A stretch of 64,000 bases of DNA from Antedon mediterranea (GCF_964355755.1 NC_092672.1:19233237-19297236); one strand, 5' to 3'. Numbered from the stretch's first letter, positions 12,178 to 25,765 are shown. The notes: generated from the sequence alone by a model not told the origin. A program made the numbers and translations.

Positions 12178-14137
12178 TTTTATTTTATTATAGGCTATTT
12201 ATATTTTTGCTTTATGTACACGACAACTAACGATCAAATAACAGTTTTTCACATCGCAACTTATACAACGTAATTTTGAAAACTACAACCATTTTCCTAT
12301 ATACATACAACGTACATTTCTAGTTTAACAAAAACATTTTTCTAAACTAAACTTTCTATTATTTAAAAGTCGAAGATAGCCAGGTCTCGGGTCCATTCTA
12401 TTGTCGCCACAGATTGATATCTTCATCAGTACTTCTATGAATGGATGATTAGGTGGGAACACGAACGCTAGTTGATCATACCCAGTACCGTTTTGATCGT
12501 ACGATTAATCGGGAAACCACCTTACGAAATTATATAATAATAAAATAACATCAGTACGTATATTGTTCGTTTTACTATACTAAATCTTCAATTTTCAACT
12601 ATTGTACAATTCTTGATTTAAACTGTTTTGTTTTTACTTAGATGGTCTGTGATTAGTTTTTTTTTGTTTAAACTATACCGTACTTTATCATCTAGGGGCG
12701 TATCCGGTGGGTTGGGTGGGGGGGGGGATGCTGTCGTTCCCCCTTCTTTTTTCAATAAAACAAATTGAAATTGAAATTGAAACGGTCGGCGAATCAAAAT
12801 TTCACAAACTCACATTAAGGTTGACACCCCCACCTCTCTTTATATTCATTGTTGGCTAATCTATCATCCCTTGTCATTAATTTATAATGTTTACACTCTT
12901 ATGTTTGACAATAAAGTTGAACGTTAAGAAAGTATTGTCATATTGATTCGAATATCAATACAGTATCAAGGGCGGGTCTACTACCTTGTCATATGCCATT
13001 TGGCAAGTCCATGAGGGGGCGGGTCAAAGAATTTAAAATAGAAGGGGAGAGGGAGTAGAGGTAATGTTTATCAATATGACATGTTCATTTCAACTGAGAA
13101 GCAAACAAAAAAGAGGAAGGTAAAATTTCCCGGCTATAAGATTTCAATTTCCAACAACATTTGTCATTTCGCGTCTCGGACGTAAATTGAATCCGCCCCT
13201 GAGTATTGTACGTTTTGTATACCATTTGTTTGAAAAAAGAATCCGTGTACTATAGTAGGCCTACAGGAATTTTTTTGAAAATGGCCAAAATATCACCTTT
13301 TTTAAAATACAATTATTATGCGATAATATTGCCATATGCGTATATTGTGTTATCAACATGTTATAGAGCTATAGTTGCATTCCTCTATAATATTTTTAAA
13401 TAACTGGTGCAAGACATAATCTGTCAGTCCATGGCAGTATTTTAAATATTAAATGTATCATATTATTTTCATTGACAGAATATCGTAATCCCATAAACTC
13501 GTTATGATCGATGAAATCAACGGCTAAGCTGCAACGACTTGTTGCTATTGTAATGTATCAGAGTTATATACAATTCCAATATTTAACGTTACCACACGTC
13601 ACACCAACTGAGTTCAAAAAATTGCCCCACAAAAGTCCAGTAAGAAACTGACCAGATGTTTTTCATGAATACTACTTGTAACCAATATATCTCTAAAATA
13701 ACAGTTTATCTAACCTTAGAGAACTTTCCCATCGTAAAACAATTCAAGAATGACAGTTTTTAAGTAGAGAATTGACAACGATATCTATCATTGAGATATA
13801 CAATTTTCTCAAACTACTTTGTCTTGCCTATACCTAGATCGTGGATCAACTAGGACCAATTTTATATCTAAGCTCAAAGACGATTAATGATGACATATGC
13901 AATGAACAGAAGCCGATATACCCCCAGTCTCAACAGAGCCCAGAGACACCTCACTGAGTCACTTCATCATAGGCACACCTACAGAGACACACCTCATTCA
14001 CAACATCATCATCTATCATCACCGATCGACTGATACCCTGTAGTAGTATTTATCGTATCGTATCGTATATACGAACTCAATTGCAACCAAGCGAGTAAAG
14101 TCTCAATACCGGGCTCATCAGTCTAAAACGTCTCCAA

Positions 14138-15469
14138 TTATATTACACTATATTTAAAATTGATCCATATACATTTAAAAACAAATGTATGTAAAGAGGC
14201 CCTTAATCTTACTCTGGCGGACACTTTAGTTAAATGCGATATTAATAATAATTTTCTGAGAATGCCCCAACAACTCTCAATTCGTTGATTATGCTGACTT
14301 GTTCCTTGTATAAAACTGCTGTTCTCATTACAAAGAAATTGTTGCATTGGACCAACAATAGAATTTTCAGCTCCGAAATCTGTTCTAATAGACTTTGGAA
14401 AACCCCCGGGACAACCCATATTTTTTAGCGAACAGAATTTACGTAATAGCCGGCTATAACTTTGGGACTAGCCATATTATGTGTCTAGAGAATCCGTCAT
14501 TTATACAAATGCCGTATGGCTTAAGTTTGTCGTACGAGTCGATATGCCAGATATAGTTTGGGCCAGGTACATGATAAATTCTTCTGTGTAGTCGTCGTCT
14601 CCTTCTTGCTTCGACACCCTCTGGGTCAAGAAGGTTTAAAATTATTCTGACCGTCTCTTTATCTATGTTTAACCCATTTTGTGTGCAACGAATGTGCATC
14701 CACCTGTACCCATGTAGCATCCCTGACGTCTGTAATTGGCTTTCAATGAACGCAGCGACTTCCAGTTCGTCAGAATGCCGTTTTCTTCGACTAAGGCACA
14801 TTTTTTTCAGCCTTCGCTTTAATGTCCGTTTACTTATAAAATTATCATGATCTTCTGCTAACATTTCAATAATCTCTTGATAATTTAAGCTACGATTGAA
14901 ATATAATCTAATCCAATGGTTTTCAGGACGCATGATGACCAGATTGCATTAGCTAAAGTCATCCGGGATGGTTGGGATGTCATTAGAAAGGGCAGAGGTC
15001 GAATTATTAATTCGAAATAACGAATTAAAAATTTGAATTAACGAATTACTAATTTGAAATTTCGAATTACTAATTTGAAATTTCAAATTATTAATTCGAA
15101 ATAACGAATTACTAATTCGAAATTTCGAATTATTAATTCGAAATTTCGAATTATTAATTCGAAATAACGAATTACTAATTCGAAATTTCGTTCGAAATTT
15201 CGAATTAATAATTTGAAATAACGAAATAAATAATTCGAAATTTCGAATTAATAATTCGAAATTTCGAATTATTAATTCGAAATTTCGAATTAGTAATTCG
15301 TTATTTCGAATTAATAATTCGAAATTTCGAATTATTAATTCGAAATTTCAAATTACTTAAATAAATTCGAAATAACGAATTAATAATTCGAAAAAACGAA
15401 TTAATAATTCGTTATTTCGAATTTGTGAAAGCAATATTATTTTTTTGTTGGCCTTAATAGGCTTTCGTA
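14138..15469 (-). mobile_element. IS3EU-like DNA transposon remnant: DDE (integrase-core) transposase pseudogene, subterminal repeat array and TAC terminus
   Basis: ORF 14933-14454 (HTH/Clr5-like N-terminus, ISKRTLKRRL, GYRWM, LDPEGV, GPNYIWHIDSYDKLKPYG) is frameshifted into ORF 14419-14138 (IRTDFGAEN, GTSQHNQRIESCW). TTCGAA-rich array at 15000-15422. Minus-strand end begins TACGAAAGCC at 15469. Confidence 0.8.
15000..15422. repeat. Array of palindromic AATTCGAAATTTCGAATT-type units in mixed orientation
   Basis: About 20 imperfect ~21-bp units between the transposase start and the putative terminus. Confidence 0.85.
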
Positions 15470-15825
15470 GACCGCTGATACGTATTGATCCTATAATCTC
15501 ATGCTGTGGTTTATATTAGACTAATGTTTCCATTAAAATACATAGTTGTTTAGTTTAAATAAACACCTTTGAAAACTTGATAAAAACCGAAAAAAAAACC
15601 TGTATAACATTATAATTAACAATCATTGGTTTTGTCTAAATGTGGGACGATTCGGCCCACAAAGTGGGACGTTTCGGCCCACGGGCCGAAACGTCCATGG
15701 CCGAATCGTCTCATGGCCGAATCGTCCTGGAACCGTCAGCAAGTCCAACAACAACCATTTGCTGACAATGTATTACAATGGAATAACACTTAAATGTATA
15801 ACACACCCTATTACTAATAATAAAA

Positions 15826-17168
15826 ACCAAGATTCGATAGTACAGTATGTAAATGAGATATAAATATTCGGCAATACCGTACGTAAATTATTATTGCAAT
15901 ACTGTATAAAGATTCGATAGTATGTAAACAAGATATAAATATTCGGCAATACCGTACGTAAATTATTAATGCAATACTGTATAAAGATTCGATTAAGTCT
16001 GTAAATGAGATATCAAGATTCGGCAATACCGTACGTAAATTATTAATGCAATACTGTATAAAGATTCGATAGTATGTAAAAATGAGATATAAAAGATTCG
16101 GCAATACTGTACGTAAATTATTAATGCAATACTGTTTAAAGATTCAATGTAAACGAGATATAAAGATTCGGCAATACCGTACGTAAATTATTAATGCAAT
16201 ACTGTATAAAGATTCGATAGTATGTCAAATGAGATATCAAGATTCGGCATGCAATACCGTACGTAAATTATTAATGCAATACTGTATAAAGATTCAATAG
16301 TACATATGTCAAATGAGATATCAAGATTCGGCAATACCGTACGTAAATTATTAATGCAATACTGTATAAAGATTCGATATTATGTAAAAATTAGATATAA
16401 ACAATACCGTACGTAAATTATTATTGCAATACTGTATAAAGATTCAATAGTATGTAAACGAGATATGATTTGGCAATACCGTATACGTAAATTATTAATG
16501 CAATACTGTATAAAGATTCGATAGTATATAAACGAGATATAAATATTCGACAATACCGTACGTAAATTATTATTGCAATACTGTATAAAGATTCGATAGT
16601 ATGTAAACAAGATATAAATATTCGGCAATACCGTACGTAAATTATTAATGCAATACTGTATAAAGATTCGATAGTATGTAAACAAGATATAAACATTCGG
16701 CAATACCGTACGTAAATTATTAATGCAATATACTGTATAAAGATTCGATAGTATGTAAACGAGATATAAAGATTCGGCAATACCGTACGTAAATTATTAA
16801 TGCAATAGGCTACTGTATAAACTTCGATAGTATGTAAATGAGATATAAATATTCGGCAATACCGTACGTAAATTATTATTGCAATACTGTATAAAATTCG
16901 ATAGTTAAATGTAAATGAGATATAAATATTCGGCAATACCGTACGTAAATTATTATTGCAATACTGTATAAAATTCGATAGTATGTAAATGAGATATAAA
17001 GATTCGACAATACCGTACGTAAATTATTATTATTATTGCAATACTGTATAAGGATTCAATTGCATATAAACGAGATATAAAGATTCGGCAATACCGTATA
17101 CGTAAATTATTATTGCAATACTGTATAAGGATTCAATAGTATGTAAACGAGATATAAAGGTTCGGCAA
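15826..17168. repeat. Minisatellite, ~76-bp unit, ~17 copies
   Basis: Repeats of aaagattcgatagtatgtaaacgagatataaagattcggcaataccgtacgtaaattattaatgcaatactgtat; accounts for ORFs 15814, 16380 and 16421. Confidence 0.95.
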
Positions 17169-17465
17169 AATATATTTCGATATATGTATTAGTTAATAGT
17201 AAATACAAATAAAATATACATTGATTTATCGGCAGGCAAACTTAATTATTATAGAAATATAAAGATTTGATAGTACATGAGTTGGCTTATATTTATTTAG
17301 CTGTAACTCAACTCGCCATAGGCCATGGCGTTGACAACGACAATCAAAGATTAAAGCGCACATGGCGTTCCATACTCGACCGCTTCGACCATACTCCTTG
17401 CTGACTACACACTATCTTTTTGGCTGAGCTGAGAAACACGAACGACGCACACAGTTTTTACAAGG

Positions 17466-20400
17466 ATGACTTCTTTACATGGAAAAGTTGCGTTAGTTAC
17501 CGGTAATATTTTAATTTAAGTTGATTCAGTAGCTACAGATGCTTATTGGAGGCCTTACCTGGCGTACTACTAAGTTTCAGCCCAAGAGTGGGCCGAATCG
17601 TCCCGGATTCGCTTGTCGTGTTTAGGAGTCCGCATCCTAGACTAGGGCCCGGTCCTACTACTAGCCTAAACACCAAACGGAAACAAACGAGAATCGGAAT
17701 GTTGCAAATACCTATAAAACGAGAGTTTTTGTTCATTAATTATAAAAATCCAACTTTTATAGAAAAAATCCTCCGAATTTATGTTAAAAACGATGAATTT
17801 AGCAACACAAACTTAACCAAACGAGAGTATCTATTATGACACGCCCATCGTGCCTTTAATTATAGAAGATTAAGAACAATGAGTATCGTTTATCATTTGT
17901 GTTTTTCTTAATAATCTTTTTAACAAAAAATTGTTGCCCAAAAACAAAGGTTATCACAAATAAATATAAATAATATATGTGTGAACGAATACAGTATCCA
18001 ACAAACATGATCCCCAAATTGCATTAGTTGGTGTTGTAACTTGTAGGGCCAATATGGCCATAATTAACTTAGTAGTAGTAGTACAGTCCGAGCAAACTTA
18101 ATAATATTTTAAAAACATATAGTACCTTGATTAAATAATACCCCTTTTACACTATCACCGAAAATCCAACCACCCCGGTGTGCTCTCCCCGGGGTGAAAC
18201 GAAGCTGAACGGTTTTCCGGTGTACCTTCTCTGGTGTAGTCGAATGTACACCGGAGACACGAAGTGTAAACGGTTTTTGTGGTTCAACACCGAGCTGTTA
18301 AAGGTCATTGACGTGAGAATGTAACATGTTGTTACAGAAATACAATATATTATGCAAACAAAATAGGTTTTTTTGCTTAAAATACACCTTTTTTGCTTAA
18401 AACAATAATTGTACGATATGTTGTGCTGTTCGTTATTTTCTTTTAAAGGCACAAACAAATTTCTGCTGAAAATATTGAAATGTTTGTGTGCATTCTACCT
18501 TACCAGAAAGCCTAAAATAATGTAATATTGGTGTAACTCTACCCTGGCCGATTCTAGTAGGCCTAATTATTGAAAAAGGGAAAAATATATATAATACTGA
18601 CGTCTCAATGGATGAAAATGATATCTTTTTTAGGAACTGAAAAAGTACCATATATTAATTTTCCTTCATTGATTGTTATGCTAATTAACAAATACATTTT
18701 TTATTTTAAATACTTACCGTACCTACCCTATTTTTACGGCAACCTAACAATTTAGGGCCTATTTAATGTACGTACAGTCTACAAGGCGGAAATGCAGTCA
18801 TTTTAAAAAGAAAAATAATTGTTAGGCCCTAATTTTTAAAATAATAAATGATAATCTTAATAGCCACAAAGAAAATATAACCCTGAACTATATTCAAAAT
18901 TAAATAAATTGTGTGTAAATTCGGATTATTATGTTTTTATATGAGATTTGTCGATATGTTCCAGTGTTTAAATGTTTAAACCATAGTCAGTTAAGTTCCA
19001 CGTGTGCGCTTGCAATAGTAATTTGATTGACAGCACCGGGGTGATCGATGTAGTGTAAATGGGCGCAACTCGAGTTCATCTCGCAGTTTTTTTGGCTAGT
19101 GTAAATGGAAATTGCCTCCGAGTTCAACTCGTGTTCCTCTCTCAGTCGATAGTGTAAAAAGGGTATAAAAAACAACCTTTTATTTACCAGGTTTTATGTA
19201 CAGGTAGCTGTAGACGTTACCGGTCCATCATCTCTTGTACAGGTTTCGTGACAGCTGCCATTGGAGCACTGAATGCTTGTCAGTCAGTATACTGTACAAG
19301 AGTGATGTGACACTTTGTAATTGTTTTTTATTTCTGTTTTTGTATATCTCCGAGAAAACATAATTTCTATGATATTTTATATGCAAATGACAATAAATAA
19401 AAGTAATTTTCCACTGATGAATGAATGAATAAAACTACCACTTTATTTTGCAGGGGCAAGTTCTGGAATAGGAGCAGAAGTTGCAAAGCATTTTGCATCT
19501 TATGGTTGTTACCTAGCCATAACAGGGAGAAACAGTAGTGCATTACAAAAGACTGCTCAAGTGTGCCAGGCAAATGGACTTCCTCAAGACAAGGTTAGCT
19601 TTAACCATAGATACTACTCGTTATAATACTAGACAGCTAAGTGATGTGAACAGGGGAGGAACTCTTCAAAACATAAATAATAAATAGTAATAATAATAAT
19701 TTAATAATTTTACAATATTGTTAATGGCGATAAATTGAATTTATTTTTTGGTAACATTTTCACATAAATAATTTACCAAGAAATTAATTCATTCTATCGC
19801 CATTAAAAATTATTGTAAAAACTGTACTGCATTAATTAAACTGTTCTGATGCGGTTTTTAGTAATTATTAAATTATTATTACTTTTATATTTATTCGATG
19901 GTTATCCGATCGTATCAGAATATTCTCATAATGACATAGTGGTGCATAACTGAGAGTATTGGGCCAATGCGATGCATCCATATTCAATGGTACTTCTCGA
20001 TGCTGGAGTGCTTGTGTTCTTGACTTTAAAATTTTATCTCAATGGTTTTAAAAAAAGAAAACCCACTCACTTATGTCATTTGATAACATACACTCTATGA
20101 TGAAACATGTTTTGATTCAGTTGCTGATAAAATGCAATAAGAAAATAAAAACATTTTATTTCAGGTGCTGTGTATAACGGCAGATTTAACAATTGAAGCT
20201 GAAATGAAAACAGTATTAGAAAAAACTCTCAAACATTTTAACTCCCTTGATGTTTTGATAAACAATGCTGGAATTGTTACTCCTGATTCAATAGAGACGA
20301 TAACACTACAAAATTTTGATGCTGTATTTAGTATTAATGTACGGGCACCTTTTCAACTACTACAACTGGCAAGCCCACATCTCATTAAAGCTAAAGGTAT

Positions 20401-23400
20401 ATATAAATGTTCTGCACCTCATTAAAGCTAAACAAAATTTCAAGTAACTTTTAGGTTGAACAATGACAATATGCCCTTGTTCAGGGTATGAAATCCTTTT
20501 GACATTAAAAAGCTCAACATATTAACTATTCTGTCCAGACATTTGGTATGGCTAACATAACAACAATATCTTATACATAATTAGAATATCGGTCAGCTAC
20601 AACTAACTAAACAAATTCAATATTCCAATGAGCTTGTGCTGATGTGTAGGGTTAGTTAGATCATGGAGGTATCTCCATGGTTAGATTAGAGCCCAAGTAA
20701 GCAGCAGGTACTGAGAACCAACAAGTAACTTTGTATCAGGGAGCTACAAATGTTTCCCTTATTCCAACCAATAGTTTTTGACAATATGTACTTAGTCCGT
20801 GTTTCCGCAAAAAACAGGGTTTAACCGGTTCTACTCAAGAAAAATTAACCAATATTATTATTGAATAAATGTTTAACCTTTGACCTGAAGGACAAATTTT
20901 TATGTTCTGATTTGTGCACTTAGTTGTTTGGTAGGTAATGACTGACCGTGCACTTTATTTTTAATTAATTACCAGATAATTTTTTTATGACTGGGGAAAC
21001 ACGGCCTTAGTATCAATATTAAATTCAAAGGTAATTGTAATCTTTTCTTTTATTTAGGAAGTGTTGTAAATATTTCAAGTGTAACTGGTAAAAGGGCTGT
21101 AAGTACATTCAGGACATCTAATATTTTTTTATCTAATTTTAATTATTCATTTCATCATTATTTTTCACTAAAAGTTGAGATGATAAATGTGTATTGTTAT
21201 CTTCTATTTCAGTTTCCTGGTCTTCTTTCTTATTGTATGTCCAAGAGTACTATAGATCACATGACTGTTTTTATCTTCTATTTCAGTTTCCTGGCCTTCT
21301 TTCTTATTGTATGTCCAAGAGTACTATAGATCACATGACTGCATGTGCTTCTCAAGGTAAGTTGCAACATTAGTGTAACTATTGAATGACAACTGCTGAT
21401 CAAGTTAACCAAAGTTAGTTGGAAAAAACGAAGCCCCACCTCCTTTGTCTGTAAAATTAATCTTGAAATCAAGTTGTCTATGCTTTTTGTGAAGATAAAC
21501 TATTTGAATATCAAAGGAACAAGGTGATTTAATGGCAAATAATTTGGGATGCATATATAATGTATATAATCAAGTGTATATCATACCTGTACATTCATTT
21601 TACAGTATAAAATAATGGTGTTTTGATAACAAATATGTAAAATTGGCAGGTAATGTCTAAACAATCATTTTGAAAAGAAGCCACCTTCATTAGGTTGCAA
21701 AAGTAATCTAGAAAAGAAGCCCATTTTAAAAAGAAGCCCACTTAAGAGTGTGGCTTTTTTAGGTTACGGTATGTCATTGTTACTTCCTTTTTCATTAGTC
21801 AAGCAGAGCTTGAAAACCTATTTTGTGGGCCAAATGTACTAATAGATCATAAACAGATCTTTAGTCACATGCCCTTAAACTAGTTCAACAACATACCATA
21901 TCAATAATTACTCTTTTTTTTAAGAACTTGCAATTAAAGGAGTCCGAGTAAATGCTGTAAAGTAAGTATTTACAACCATATTACAAATTAAAGGGCACTT
22001 GGAGAGTGTATCCCTCCACCTACAGTAATTTATAATTTTCCTATATCAAATTTATCCCAAAACATTTTTTGCCTTAGTAAGGTAATTAGACCTGATTGCA
22101 CTAAATAGCAAGTTTATTTTAGTTTATGTTGTTTGTAAGAATAAACTCTGACCCTGAGACATGATATGAACTCAGGACCAATAGATTGGATAGCAAGCAT
22201 CAAACATTTACATTCTATTGCTGACAAAGCACAAGCATTCACCAAGTGGAATACCACTCTGCCAAGTGAAAAACTTTCTAAAAAATGACAGTTTAAATCC
22301 TCTATTTTATTATATAGATATTTGCAGTATACCTTTTCTTAAAAAATATTGTATATTATGCAGTATACAAAAACTAGTTTTAGATTGCTTAAAAGTCACT
22401 TTGAAACTTTTTTCAGCCCTGGTGTTATTATAACAGAAGTACACAAAAGAGGTGGAATGTCTGATGAGATGTATGCTAAGGTAAATATTCACACGCTTCA
22501 ATTAATCACATATAATATTTTGGCCTCTCCAAGATTTAAATAATGACTAATGTTCAATGTGTAATGTAATGCACGCCTAAGATATTACACCTCATGTACG
22601 ACTAGACTAAGAGTAAAATATAAAAGTTAATTATATCTCAACCGTAATAGTAATAGTTACTAGCGATTATTCATTTACCTGACGTTTTGCCAACTATCAG
22701 TTGGCTTTCTCAAAGTGTAGTGACACGTATGTCACGTTGACCTCTAGATGACGCTGAGTTAAGGAATCCATCTGGATCAGGAAGATCCCCAATTTTAATA
22801 GAGATGAGGCCGGTTACAAACTCAGTCAAGTGTGGACCAATGTGTTGACCCCGTCATCTAGAGGTAAACGGTGACATACGTGTCACTACACTTTGAGAAA
22901 GCCAACTGATAGTTGGCGAAACGTCAGGTAAATAAAATAATCGTTATTTACTATTACTATTACGGTTGAGATATAATTAACTTTTATATTTTATTAGTAA
23001 TACCAACCAAATGAATCTTTTTAATGATAGACTAAGAGTGAATATTAAATGTAAAGTTGTTTCCTGGGAGAGTGGTTTTCAATTGTGAAATTCACAAAAC
23101 CTAGAACACATGAGAATGTATCAGTCAGTTATGGAGTTAGAACCCTCAATCTAGAAAACATGAGAATGTATCGGTCAGTTATGGAGTTGAAACCCCAATT
23201 TAGAAAACATGAGAATGTATCAGTCAGTTATGGATTTGAAACCCTTAATCTAGAAAACATGAGAATGTATCAGTCAGTTATGGATTTGAAACCCTTAATC
23301 TAGAAAACATGAGAATGTATCAGTCAGTTATGGATTTGAAACCCTTAATCTAGAAAACATGAGAATGTATCAGTCAGTTATGGATTTGAAACCCTTAATC

Positions 23401-23864
23401 TAGAAAACATGAGAATGTATCAGTCAGTTATGGATTTGAAACTCTTAATCTAGAAAACATGAGAATGTATCAGTCAGTTATGGATTTGAAACCCTTAATC
23501 TAGAAAACATGAGAATGTATCAGTCAGTTATGACGTTCAAACCCCCAATCTAGAAAACATGAGAATGAACTAGTCTGTATTACGTTCAAACCCCCGACAT
23601 AGTGTTACCAGACACCAATTAAACAACAAAAACCATGTTTGAGGAAGCTCTGCATCATCTACATTAATAGTTTGATGTGAATTCTATTTTTAGTTCCTTG
23701 AACATTGTAAAGAGACTCATGCAATGGGACGCCCAGGAACAGTGGATGAAGTAGCCAAGTTAGTTACATTCCTTGCATCAGATGAATCCTCATACATCAC
23801 AGGAGAATCTATTGCCATTGATGGAGGACGTCATGTTCTTATGTCTTCACAACAGAAAGTTTGA
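17466..23864 (+). CDS. Classical short-chain dehydrogenase/reductase (3-oxoacyl-ACP reductase FabG-like), 8 exons, 263 aa
   Basis: Exons 17466-17502, 19454-19593, 20165-20396, 21058-21098, 21287-21356, 21925-21961, 22417-22480, 23694-23864 total 792 nt in frame. Motifs: [28 protein letters not shown] (YxxxK), [24 protein letters not shown]. Confidence 0.95.
18141..19163. mobile_element. MITE with TIR ccc(c)ttttacactatc, in SDR intron 1
   Basis: ccccttttacactatc ... gatagtgtaaaaaggg; internal gtgtaaa / gtgtag subrepeats. Confidence 0.65.
22615..23027 (+). mobile_element. 5'-truncated Penelope-like retroelement with inverted pseudo-LTR and 12-bp TSD, in SDR intron 7
   Basis: TSD tagactaagagt at 22603-22614 and 23028-23039. 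Inverted repeats ~22615-22753 / 22852-22992. The spacer encodes [29 protein letters not shown], resembling a Penelope GIY-YIG C-terminus. Confidence 0.8.
22887..22930 (+). ncRNA. Minimal type I hammerhead ribozyme in the Penelope pLTR (U3-A8 core variant)
   Basis: tacact-TTGAGAA-a-gccaac tgata gttggc-GAAA-cg-TC-aggta: 6-bp stem II, GAAA box, palindromic mini stem III, GUC cleavage triplet. Confidence 0.65.
23101..23598. repeat. Minisatellite, 50-bp unit, ~10 copies
   Basis: tagaaaacatgagaatgtatcagtcagttatggatttgaaacccttaatc recurs at 23301, 23351, 23401 and onward. Confidence 0.95.
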
Positions 23865-24109
23865 TTAATAGTGTAGTTTGCTACTGAATTTTGGAAGGCA
23901 AATCTACAGTGTATTCATTCATATACCCTACAGTACACATTAAAATAATGTGCAAGTGTATATAAAATAGAGATTTATATAACGACAAAAATTCGAAATC
24001 GTAAGACAGTATTCAAATACTTGAAGTAGATTTTCAAATATTTTACCAGAAATGTCAGTAATAAATAGTCAAAGCGTTTAATATGTATGAATAATAATTT
24101 AAACTTATT

Positions 24110-24410
24110 ATGTATCCATGTCCTTCAGAATCAGATGCTCATGCTATGTCAGTGTATATCACTTTATGTACAGTACCCATGCCCATCAGAATCAGATGCT
24201 CATGCTATGGCAGTGTATATCACTTTATGTACAGTATCCATGTCCATCAGAATCAGATGCTCATGCTATGGCAGTGTATATCACTTTATGTACAGTATCC
24301 ATGTCCATCAGAATCAGATGCTCATGCTATAGCAGTGTATATCACTTTATGTACAGTACCCATGCCCATCAGAAGCAGATGCTCATGCTATGGCAGTGTA
24401 TATCACTTTT
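24110..24410. repeat. Minisatellite, 61-bp unit, ~5 copies, in or near the SDR 3' UTR
   Basis: Repeats of catcagaatcagatgctcatgctatggcagtgtatatcactttatgtacagtatccatgtc. Confidence 0.93.
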
Positions 24411-25600
24411 AACTTTGATACAAAGGTTCTATGTTATCTATAGACCTCTACTAAATTCTGACAGTTTGTGCTGTATAATCATTAATTTAAAAATTCTTAT
24501 GTGACCATACAAATTACAAAGAGTTAATCCACATTATTTGCATCAGGCAATTTTTTTGGGTGTGATTAATTTTCAAATACAGTATTGATATTGGTATATT
24601 GTAAGTGAATTAATGTTAATGACGTACAGTGAACAAAATAAACTCTGGCCAACAACTCTGTGTTTAAATGAACAATACATCAGTCATTTATAATAAATGG
24701 GATAAACTCAATAGATACAATATTGACCCCGAAATGATGAAGTCTGTACTCGTATCATATGTAGTGTATTCTTATAATCTTATTTTGTAGGCAAAAAGAT
24801 AGCAAAAGATGAGACGTTAAAATGTATATATGTTTTGTTCCTTTAAAATCGTTAGTCAAAATGTGATGTCTTTCCTCAAAACTTGTTGTTCACTCGGAAT
24901 AGTCTCGGAATAGTAACGTCCCCTTCAAATATTTTGTTTCTTCAAGATATTGTTTCGTAGGGTTTGTAGATATTGGCTCAACAATTTAAAAATATTTATT
25001 ACGTAAAGAAAGATATAATTATCCTCTACCTGTATATGCTCTAGGTCTAAAAAGTCCAGGCAATCTGTGGATTGACCCAAAACAAATTGCAATAGTTTCA
25101 AAACTTGGTTTTTTCTGATTCTGTGATTATCGATATTTCTCGAAAATAGAGTTCGCCACTAAACTTTTCAATATTGTGTTCTATAGAAAGGTCTATAAAT
25201 AAATTTCAAAAACAGGGACCATAAAATATCATGAAACACAGACCCCACTGAAACTTCTCAATATTGTGTTCTATAGGGTGGTCTCTGTTCTTGAGATTTC
25301 ATGAAAACCTCACTAAGACTTCTCAATCTTATGTTCTAGGGTCTGTCCCAGAGATTTCGATATTATGTTCTTTAGCAAAGGTTTCTGATTTTAATAAATC
25401 TTGAAAACCGAGACCACCTTATAGAATAAAACATTGAAATATTTAGTATGGGTATATTAATAATTAATGACATAGTGATTAGTTTTCAAGAAATCTCGAA
25501 AACACAGATCCCCATTAAAACTTCTCAATATTGTGGTCTCTGTTTTCGAGAAATCTATAAAAATACAGAGGCAATACTAGAAATTCTCAATATTGGGATA

Positions 25601-25765
25601 AGCTCTGTTTATACTATCGAACTTTATGTGACAAAAAGTATGTGATGTGCCCAAATAATGGTAGTGATATGCTAAATTAGGGTAGTGGTATGACATCATC
25701 ATGTCCATATATGGGGACATCACATTTTTTTTCTCACATAAAGTGTGATAGTGTAGACACGGCTT
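25601..25765. mobile_element. Short MITE; second, inverted copy at ~36147-36270
   Basis: agctctgt(t/c)ta(t/c)actatc ... gatagtgtagacacggc TIRs shared by both loci. Confidence 0.6.

Noticed and set aside
15826-17168. Regular repeat array as a CRISPR array, or the overlapping ORFs as repeat proteins
   Set aside because: Units are contiguous with no unique spacers, there are no cas genes and the context is eukaryotic; the ORFs are by-products of the minisatellite.
23085-24504. ORFs 23085, 24087, 24110 and 24118
   Set aside because: Translations of the 50-bp and 61-bp tandem repeats.
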